From: Pedosphaera sp.
GTDB lineage: Bacteria; Verrucomicrobiota; Verrucomicrobiia; Limisphaerales; SIBH01
Direction of reading: 5' to 3'
DNA: 10,262 bases
NCBI GenBank assembly: GCA_031414955.1
Contig: JANOQV010000072.1
Coordinates: forward strand, 1 to 10,262
The notes below the pieces were generated by a model. It saw nothing but the letters and a program-made list of their open reading frames with translations. It did no database searches and was not told where the DNA came from. Shown in pieces: positions 1 to 6,473 of the stretch; positions within the stretch are counted from its first letter, which is position 1; every line of letters begins with the position of its first letter. A program made the translations under genes and the position numbers.

Positions 1-248
1 GGCGACAGCCCCTCGATGAAATCCACGTCCGGCTTCTGGAGCTGGTCGAGGAACTGCCGCGCGTAAGCCGAGAGCGACTCCACGTATTTGCGCTGCCCCT
101 CGGCGTAGAGCGTGTCAAAGGCCAGCGACGACTTGCCCGACCCGCTCAAGCCGGTGATGACCACCAGCTTGTCGCGCGGGATCTCGACGGAGATGTTCTT
201 GAGGTTGTGCTGCCTCGCCCCGCCGACCTTGATAAAATCTTTCGCCAT
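1..248 (-). CDS. uvrA: Excinuclease ABC subunit A, N-terminal part (runs off the window edge)
   Basis: Manual translation from ATG at 248-246: [82 protein letters not shown]. Contains the UvrA signatures GARxHNLKN, Walker A GLSGSGKS and YAEGQRxYVESLS. Absent from the ORF track because its stop is outside the window. Confidence 0.98.
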   Translation of the reverse strand, partial: MAKDFIKVGGARQHNLKNISVEIPRDKLVVITGLSGSGKSSLAFDTLYAEGQRKYVESLSAYARQFLDQLQKPDVDFIEGLS

Positions 249-251
249 GAC

Positions 252-281
252 CGCTGAATTTTCTGTTCAGAGAATTCCGCG
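252..281. promoter_or_regulatory. Imperfect 30 bp palindrome immediately upstream of uvrA (candidate operator or 5' hairpin)
   Basis: cgct-GAATTTTCTG-tt-CAGAGAATTC-cgcg. The core arms 256-265 and 268-277 pair at 9/10 positions, plus outer CGC/GCG pairs. AT-rich in a GC-rich context; the core ends 7 nt before the uvrA ATG. Confidence 0.45.
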
Positions 282-544
282 AGCGTAAAGGCGACGAGAA
301 CGGAAGCAAAGCGCGCGTTGAAAGGGGATGAAGAATCTGAAACCGCGCATGGACGCTGATGTTGGATGGGCAAGAGGTGGTCGGGCGTGGTCGCTCCGCG
401 CGCGCCGGGGTGAAGCGGGAGGTAGCGCGAGAGTGTTCGCGCCTCGTGCCGAGTGCCAGGACGTGGTGCGGCCAACAAACTGTGAATGGCATTCCAAAAA
501 CAAACCTTTGATCGTTCACGGCGTTTCCAGTCTCCTATGTCGCG

Positions 545-2011
545 ATGCTTGATTCCGTGAACCCTGAAGCCGGCACGTCCTCCGCAGATTTGCGCAAGGG
601 CCGCCGGAAGAAATCCGCCACTGAGGCGCGGGCCGTGTCCACCGTGGACCGGCTGCCGCCGCATTCCATCGAGGCGGAACAGGGCGTGCTGGGCTGCATC
701 TTCCTCGCGGCGCACGAGTGCCTGAATGATTGCATCGAGAAGTTCAAGCCGGGGGCGGCGGTGTTTTATGACCTGCGCCATCAGGTCATCTACGAGTTGG
801 TGGTGGAGATGTATGACCGCAAGGAGGCGATTGATGTCATCACGGTGCAGCAGCGGTTGAAGGATAAGCATCAACTCGAATCGGTGGGGGGCATTGGCTA
901 TCTGGCGGCGTTGCCGGACCTGGTGCCGAGCGCGGCCAACCTGTCGTTCTACGTCAACATCGTCAAAGAGAAGTACATCCTGCGGAAGATGATCTCGGTC
1001 TGCTCGGACGTGGTCGGGCGCGTCTATGAGCACGAGGGCGAGGTGGACGGGCTGCTCGACGAGGTGGAGCGAGATGTGTTGCGCATCAGCGAGGAACGGG
1101 TGGAGGTGCAGACGTTGATGATCAAGGACGTGGTGCACAAGGCCATCAGCCGGCTGGAGGAATATCACGCCAATCAGGGGATGCTGACCGGCATCAGCAC
1201 CGGCTTCACGGACCTGGACAAGATGACCACGGGTCTGCACGGCGGGGAAATGATCGTGGTGGCGGCGCGTCCTTCGATGGGCAAGACGTCGCTGGCCATG
1301 AACATCGCGGAGTCCGTGGCCATCGATCAGAAGCTGCCGGTGGGAGTGTTCTCGCTGGAGATGAGTTCCGAGTCGCTGGTGCTGCGCATGCTGTGCTCGC
1401 GGGCGCGGGTCAACCTGCGGAACATTCGCGAGGGGTTTTTCTCCGAGCGCGACTTCCCGAAGATCACCAGCGCGGCCGGCAAACTGGCGGCGGCCCCGCT
1501 CTACATCGACGACACGGCGGGGCTTTCCATCCTGCAATTGCGGGCCAAGGCGCGACGCATGTGGCAGCAGTATGGGATCAAGCTTTTCGTCATTGACTAC
1601 CTCCAGCTACTTCACTCAACTGCGCGCCGGGCCGAGAACCGCCAGCAGGAAATCGCGGATATTTCCAGTGGCGTGAAGGCGTTGGCGAAGGAACTCAACG
1701 TGCCCATCATCGTGCTGGCGCAGCTCAATCGCGAAATCGAGAAGGAGAAAAACCGCAAGCCCCGCATGTCGGATTTGCGCGAGTCGGGCGCGATTGAACA
1801 GGATGCGGACCTGATCGGTCTGCTCTACAAGCCGAGCATGGGTGATGACGACGAGGGGCCGAACACCGAGCAGGAATCGGTGGCGGTGAACATGCTGATT
1901 GCCAAGCAGCGCAACGGACCGACGGGCGACGTGTGTCTCACGTTTCTCAAGACCTACACCCGGTTCGAGAGCGCGGCCAAGATCAGCGCCGACGATGTGC
2001 CGGTGGAATAG
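545..2011 (+). CDS. dnaB: Replicative DNA helicase DnaB (488 aa)
   Basis: PPHSIEAEQGVLG N-domain start, Walker A AARPSMGKT, FSLEMS, IDYLQL, LAQLNR, SDLRESGAIEQDAD and IAKQRNGPTG. No intein insertion is visible. Confidence 0.99.
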   Translation: MLDSVNPEAGTSSADLRKGRRKKSATEARAVSTVDRLPPHSIEAEQGVLGCIFLAAHECLNDCIEKFKPGAAVFYDLRHQVIYELVVEMYDRKEAIDVITVQQRLKDKHQLESVGGIGYLAALPDLVPSAANLSFYVNIVKEKYILRKMISVCSDVVGRVYEHEGEVDGLLDEVERDVLRISEERVEVQTLMIKDVVHKAISRLEEYHANQGMLTGISTGFTDLDKMTTGLHGGEMIVVAARPSMGKTSLAMNIAESVAIDQKLPVGVFSLEMSSESLVLRMLCSRARVNLRNIREGFFSERDFPKITSAAGKLAAAPLYIDDTAGLSILQLRAKARRMWQQYGIKLFVIDYLQLLHSTARRAENRQQEIADISSGVKALAKELNVPIIVLAQLNREIEKEKNRKPRMSDLRESGAIEQDADLIGLLYKPSMGDDDEGPNTEQESVAVNMLIAKQRNGPTGDVCLTFLKTYTRFESAAKISADDVPVE

Positions 2012-2018
2012 CCTGTTG

Positions 2019-4472
2019 ATGAACATTTTTTTTCGCTACGCGCTTCTCGTGCTGCTGCTCGGGGCGGCCCCGCTGTTCGCCCAAAGCCCTTCCCAGGTGA
2101 AGACGGTGGAGTTGAAGCAGGTTGGGCCGGAGGCCGTCAGCGAGCCGCTTATCCGCGCCAACATTCGCGTCAAGTCCGGGGACAATTTCAGCCGCCTGGC
2201 CGTGGATGACGACGTGCGGAACCTTTACCTCACGGGATATTTTTACAATATCCGTATCGTCGAGGAGCAATCCCCGGAGGGCTATGTCCTCACCTACGTG
2301 CTGGTGGGCAAGCCGAAGGTCTCCGACATCAAGTTCACCGGCAACACACAGTGGGACACGAGCAAGCTGCAGAAGCTGCTCAAGTCGAAAGTCGGCGAGC
2401 CATTGGACGAGCGGAAGCTCTTCGCTGACGCGCAGGAGATCAAAAAGAAGTACGTCAACGCCGGCTACCAAAACACCGAGGTCAAATACATCCCGAGCAT
2501 TGATGAGAATGCCGGACGTGGCACGGTCGTCTTCGAGGTCAAGGAGGCGCCTAAAGTTCGCATCGTGGCGGTGAAGTTCGACGGCGCGAAATTGTTTCCC
2601 GCCCATGTCGGTCTCTGGGAGAAGCTGTTTCACCCCTCGCGCAAGGGGCTGGACAAGGAGGTCAAGACGCGCCGTTGGTGGATGTGGTCGTGGATCACCC
2701 AGAGTGGAAAGCTCAAGGAGGAGGAACTGGAGGCGGACAAGGAGAAGCTGGCCGAGTTTTATCGCGAGAAGGGTTTCATCGACTTCAACCTCAAGGATGT
2801 GCGGCAGGAGTTGGTCCGTTCCAACCGCATGGTGCTGCACTTCGAACTGAATGAAGGACGCCAGTACCGGGTGGGCGCGATAACCTTCAAGGGAGTGGCG
2901 CTGATGTCCACGAATGACCTGACCAAGATGTTGAAGATGAAGGTCGGTGACATTTTCACCCCGAACACCCTGCTGACTGATGTTGAGGCGCTGGAGGACT
3001 TTTACGGAACCAAGGGTTACATCGGTTCCCGGCCGGGCAGCCGGAGCGTGGATGTCTTCGCGCGCAAGATGCCCAACATCGAGAAGGGCACGATGGATCT
3101 CGTCTATGAGATCAACGAGGGCGAGAAATCCTACATCGAGAAGATCGAGATCAAGGGCAACGTCACGACCAAGGACAAAGTCATCCGCCGCGAACTGGCG
3201 GTGACGCCCGGCGAAGTCTTCGACATGGTGCGCGTGAAGCGCAGCAAGGGCCGTCTTCAGCAGATGGGCTACTTCGAGCGCATCGAGGCGCGCCCCGAAG
3301 ACACCGACGTGCCCAACCGCAAAAATCTGGTGGTGGGCGTGGAGGAGAAGGACACGGGCAGCTTCACGGTCGGCGGCGGGTATGGCTCGGTGGATTCGCT
3401 GTTCGGCGAAGTGAAATTTCTTCAGGGCAATTTCGACATCTTCAAGTGGCCGCGCTTCACCGGCGCGGGCCAGAAGCTCCGCCTCTACGCGCGCTTCGGC
3501 ACCGTGCTCCAGGATTACGAGATTTCATTCGACGAACCGTGGTTCCTCGAACGCAAGCTCTCCCTGGGGGTGGACCTTTACTATCGCGAGCGTGGTTATT
3601 ACAGCCAGCTTTATGACGAGCGCCGCTACGGCGCGCGCTTCAGCCTGACCCGGGCCCTGGGCAGCGACTTCCTCATCGGCACGATGGGTTACACCATCGA
3701 GAATGTCGGCTTGTACAACGTCAATCCGTTCGGCCCGAGCACCATCGTGAACACCGAGGGCGACTTCCTGCTCAACCGCTTGAGCGGCTCCATCGCCTAC
3801 GACACGCGCAACAACGGCTTGCTGCCCGACTCCGGCCAGCGCAGCGAACTGTTCGGCGAAGTGGTGGCGGGCGACGCGAATTTCTACAAGCTCGAGGTCA
3901 AGACGGCGTGGTATTTCCCCGGCCTCGGCGAGGGGCATGTGTTGGAGATCGGCGTGCGCGCGGGCGTGCTCGATTCCTTTGGTTCCTTCGGCCAGGACGC
4001 CGGCCCCTACACCTATTACACCACGACCAATCAAATCACCGGCACGACTCAGTTGAACCGGATCGAGAACCTCCCGCACAACGACGTGCCTTTCTTCGAG
4101 CGCTACTATCTTGGCGGCGCCTACTCGTTGCGCGGCTTCAAGTTCCGCGACGTGTCACCGCAGGAGAGCGGGCGTTACACGGTGGGCCGCGAGCCGGTGG
4201 GCGGCAATACCTACTACTTTGCCTACGCCGAGTATAGCCTGCCCATCATCGACCGGTTGCGCATTGCGGCCTTCTACGACATTGGCAACGTCTATTATAA
4301 TTCCTACGAGATGGACTTCTCCCAGTACAACGCCGACGTGGGCCTGGGCATCCGCCTCGCCCTGCCCATCGGACCGCTCCGTTTCGACTACGGCATTCCG
4401 GTCCACGACTCGAACAACTTGGGCGGTGGCGGCCGGTTTAATTTTACGGTGGGCTACACCCGCGAGTTCTGA
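2019..4472 (+). CDS. bamA: Outer membrane protein assembly factor BamA (Omp85; about 817 aa from ATG 2019)
   Basis: Signal peptide MNIFFRYALLVLLLGAAPLFA, five POTRA-like repeats (e.g. IEIKGNVTTKDKVIRREL), beta-barrel with YLGGAYSLRGF (VRGF-type motif), GPLRFDYG and C-terminal Phe. Start moved from 1899, which overlaps dnaB, to the ATG 7 nt after the dnaB stop. Confidence 0.97.
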   Translation: MNIFFRYALLVLLLGAAPLFAQSPSQVKTVELKQVGPEAVSEPLIRANIRVKSGDNFSRLAVDDDVRNLYLTGYFYNIRIVEEQSPEGYVLTYVLVGKPKVSDIKFTGNTQWDTSKLQKLLKSKVGEPLDERKLFADAQEIKKKYVNAGYQNTEVKYIPSIDENAGRGTVVFEVKEAPKVRIVAVKFDGAKLFPAHVGLWEKLFHPSRKGLDKEVKTRRWWMWSWITQSGKLKEEELEADKEKLAEFYREKGFIDFNLKDVRQELVRSNRMVLHFELNEGRQYRVGAITFKGVALMSTNDLTKMLKMKVGDIFTPNTLLTDVEALEDFYGTKGYIGSRPGSRSVDVFARKMPNIEKGTMDLVYEINEGEKSYIEKIEIKGNVTTKDKVIRRELAVTPGEVFDMVRVKRSKGRLQQMGYFERIEARPEDTDVPNRKNLVVGVEEKDTGSFTVGGGYGSVDSLFGEVKFLQGNFDIFKWPRFTGAGQKLRLYARFGTVLQDYEISFDEPWFLERKLSLGVDLYYRERGYYSQLYDERRYGARFSLTRALGSDFLIGTMGYTIENVGLYNVNPFGPSTIVNTEGDFLLNRLSGSIAYDTRNNGLLPDSGQRSELFGEVVAGDANFYKLEVKTAWYFPGLGEGHVLEIGVRAGVLDSFGSFGQDAGPYTYYTTTNQITGTTQLNRIENLPHNDVPFFERYYLGGAYSLRGFKFRDVSPQESGRYTVGREPVGGNTYYFAYAEYSLPIIDRLRIAAFYDIGNVYYNSYEMDFSQYNADVGLGIRLALPIGPLRFDYGIPVHDSNNLGGGGRFNFTVGYTREF

Positions 4473-4484
4473 TTCTTTGTGATT

Positions 4485-5099
4485 ATGAAAAAAACGATTC
4501 TCATTCTGACTACGACCCTTCTGCTGGCCTGGGCCGCTCGCGCCGAGCACAAGCTCGCCACGGTGGACTTGCGCAAGGTCTTCGACAACTACTGGCGCAC
4601 CAAGCAGGCCGATTCCAACATCAAGGAGCAGGCGGCCGATCTGGAGAAGGAACGCAAGTCCATGGTGGATCGCTTCCAGTTGGGCGAGGAGAAGTACAAG
4701 AAGCTGCTTGATGGCGCGAACGACATCGCCCTCGCCGCCGCCGAGCGTGAGAAGCGCAAGAAAGACGCCGAGAACGAACTGGTCAACCTGCGCGAAATGG
4801 AGACCCGCATTCGGCAGTTCGACAACACCTCCAAGGCCACGCTGGGCGAGAAGCAGCGCCGCATCCGCGACAACATCCTCCAGGAAATCCGCGACACCAT
4901 CAAAGCCAAGGTCAAGACCGGCGGCTATACCCTCGTGCTCGACACGGCCGCCGAGACGCCCAACAGCACGCCCATCGTGCTTTACACCGCCGGGAATGAC
5001 GACCTGACCGACGTCGTGCTCAGTCAGCTCAATATCAACGCTCCCGCAGCCACGCCCGGCAAGGCCGACGCCAAGCCAGACGCCAAGCCGGCGAAGTAG
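4485..5099 (+). CDS. skp: OmpH/Skp family periplasmic chaperone
   Basis: Signal peptide MKKTILILTTTLLLAWAARA, KLATVDLRKVF N-terminal strand, long charged coiled coil, GYTLVLD and DLTDVVL C-terminal motifs. Lies directly after bamA, its canonical position. ATG 4485 is preferred over GTG 4479. Confidence 0.93.
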   Translation: MKKTILILTTTLLLAWAARAEHKLATVDLRKVFDNYWRTKQADSNIKEQAADLEKERKSMVDRFQLGEEKYKKLLDGANDIALAAAEREKRKKDAENELVNLREMETRIRQFDNTSKATLGEKQRRIRDNILQEIRDTIKAKVKTGGYTLVLDTAAETPNSTPIVLYTAGNDDLTDVVLSQLNINAPAATPGKADAKPDAKPAK

Positions 5100-5238
5100 T
5101 GCGGGGTTCACGCACGGGAATCAGCCGGCTTGGGCCTTCGGGCGGCGCATCCCGCTCGAACTCTCCGCCTTCACGTTTGGCTCGTTCAACCAGGGCGAGA
5201 GTCGATGCAAGCCAGCCTCTATGAACGAGTGAATTGAG

Positions 5239-5455
5239 TTTAGCCCGAATTCCGAGGCCGGAAGGGCGGGCCGGCTGCGGGCACGCCGCATCCCTCATCG
5301 GCGCGCGAGTTTTCAACCCGCCGCAGGTCGCTCACGAGGAGGATTGCAATAGTTGCTGCGACTTCTGCCCCGGCCACGCGCGGCGGGTTGAAAGCCCAAG
5401 CTCCGGAGCCAAGCCACTGACCGGGCCGTGGTTCGACTTCGGAATTCGAGTTTAG
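5239..5455. repeat. MITE-like element with imperfect 24 bp outer inverted repeats
   Basis: 5239-5262 matches the reverse complement of 5432-5455 at 17/24 positions, with a perfect 10 bp core CGAATTCCGA (5246-5255) / TCGGAATTCG (5439-5448). Non-coding, between convergent genes. Confidence 0.55.
5300..5404. repeat. Inverted REP-like pair (REPIN-like), nested inside the outer element
   Basis: Perfect 14 bp IR TTTCAACCCGCCGC (5311-5324) / GCGGCGGGTTGAAA (5380-5393), extending to 20/25 identity over 5300-5324 vs 5380-5404. Each arm contains an imperfect internal hairpin; the right arm begins GGAG on the minus strand. Confidence 0.7.
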
Positions 5456-5620
5456 GTTGGTGGAGCAAAGCCTCTTTCAGGTTCGCCACCTCGTTTTCAT
5501 CTCCGTGGCTCCGTGCGGTCGCGGCCTCATCCGGTTCAAGGAGGACACCGCCATTCGCTGTGCCTTGTGTCTCTGGTCGGAACTTTTTTCAGGAAACGGA
5601 GCTGAACACCGGGCCAGTTT

Positions 5621-6286
5621 TCACCCCTGCTGATCCCAAAACCGAAACTCGGCCCAGCCGTTGACGATGAGATGGTAGTCGATGCCGAGCAAGGCGCAGA
5701 TCAGTGCCACCACCAGCCAGAACACGGCGCTGATCATCGGCACCTGCCAGAAGATCGCGAAGAGCGCGAACATGAAGAGGTTCGCATGACGCCAGCCGAA
5801 TTCCTTCCACTCCTGAGGGAGCCATTCCGAGAGCGCGCGGAAGCCGTCGAGCGAGGGCACGGGCAGCAGGTTGAAGAGCACCGCGCTGATTTGGAGGCTG
5901 ATGAGCAAGGCCAGGGCGGTGGGCACGAGGTTGCGCGTCTCGGCCGTGACCAGCCCGGTCCAGAACGGCACGCAGAGTACGAGGGCGAAGAGGAAGTTCA
6001 TGGCCGGTCCGGCCAGCGAGACGAGCGCGCGCCGACCTTTGCCGTGGATGAGGCTGTCCTCGATATACACGGCCCCACCCGGCAGTCCGATCCCGCCGAG
6101 CAACACGAAGATGATGGGCAGGATGATGCTGGTCAGCGGATGTGTGTAGTGGATGGGGTTCATGGTCAGGTATCCCTTGTCCTTGACCGTGTAGTCGCCA
6201 AATTTATAGGCCACGATGGCGTGCCCAAACTCGTGCAGGCATACGGAGAAGATCCATCCGATGAGAACGAAGATGAAGACTTCCAT
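5621..6286 (-). CDS. Site-2 protease family (peptidase M50) intramembrane zinc metalloprotease, short form without PDZ/CBS domains
   Basis: HExxH motif (LHEFGH) in TM1, GYLTMNPIHY, VSLAGPAMN and NLLPVPSLDG (NxxPxxxLDG third Zn ligand). Several hydrophobic segments; 221 aa. Confidence 0.95.
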   Translation of the reverse strand: MEVFIFVLIGWIFSVCLHEFGHAIVAYKFGDYTVKDKGYLTMNPIHYTHPLTSIILPIIFVLLGGIGLPGGAVYIEDSLIHGKGRRALVSLAGPAMNFLFALVLCVPFWTGLVTAETRNLVPTALALLISLQISAVLFNLLPVPSLDGFRALSEWLPQEWKEFGWRHANLFMFALFAIFWQVPMISAVFWLVVALICALLGIDYHLIVNGWAEFRFWDQQG

Positions 6287-6335
6287 GTCAGGAGAGGTTG
6301 AACTGCCGGTCGTGGCGCGACCGGCCGAGGCCCAA

Positions 6336-6438
6336 GGTGGGGCGCGGTGTCCTCACCGCGCCGTGCCAGGAAATGGACCAGGTTGTGGGAATGCACTCAC
6401 GCCTCACCCCGGCGCGCTGGGGACAGCGTCGCCCTGCC
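6336..6438. repeat. Inverted pair of GTAG-type REP palindromes (REPIN-like)
   Basis: GGTGGGGCGCGGTGTCCTCACCGCGCCG (6336-6363) vs reverse complement of 6410-6438, GGCAGGGCGACGCTGTCCCCAGCGCGCCG: 23/28 identity plus one gap, 46 nt spacer. Each arm forms a 9 bp stem with a 4 nt loop (the right stem has a 1 nt bulge). Confidence 0.8.
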
Positions 6439-6473
6439 GCGAAGCCTGCTCGTGTGGATCGGAACAGCCTCAT

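Noticed and set aside
481..489. DnaA-box-like TGTGAATGG upstream of dnaB within an AT-rich patch
   Set aside because: A single copy with two mismatches to TGTGNATAA and no box cluster. Not enough for an origin or DnaA regulation.
146..1537. 463 aa minus-strand ORF antisense to dnaB (likewise 1983-2840, 4155-5111, 5672-6301 and 8069-9343)
   Set aside because: Shadow ORFs of well-supported genes, with typical antisense composition and no motifs. This one also overlaps uvrA in a different frame.
1899..2018. 40 aa N-terminal extension of BamA given in the ORF track
   Set aside because: Overlaps the dnaB 3' end and would bury the signal peptide. ATG 2019 gives a normal signal peptide.
2026..2033. 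T8 run at the start of bamA (and A7 at 4488-4494 in skp) as phase-variation tracts
   Set aside because: The runs are short and in frame, bamA is generally essential, and AT-rich 5' codons explain both.
5067..5089. 12 nt period duplication GACGCCAAGCC encoding DAKP-DAKP at the Skp C-terminus
   Set aside because: An ordinary low-complexity tail with only two copies.
5501..5515. CTCCGTG-G-CTCCGTG short tandem, with the intergenic repeats considered as a CRISPR array
   Set aside because: Only two 7 nt units. There are no regularly spaced 23-47 bp direct repeats and no cas genes.
5234..5664. Small ORFs in the skp-S2P intergenic region (5035-5316, 5234-5455, 5428-5664)
   Set aside because: They run through repeat DNA, are Arg/Pro/Ala/Ser-rich, and show no motifs or recognisable lpxD remnant.
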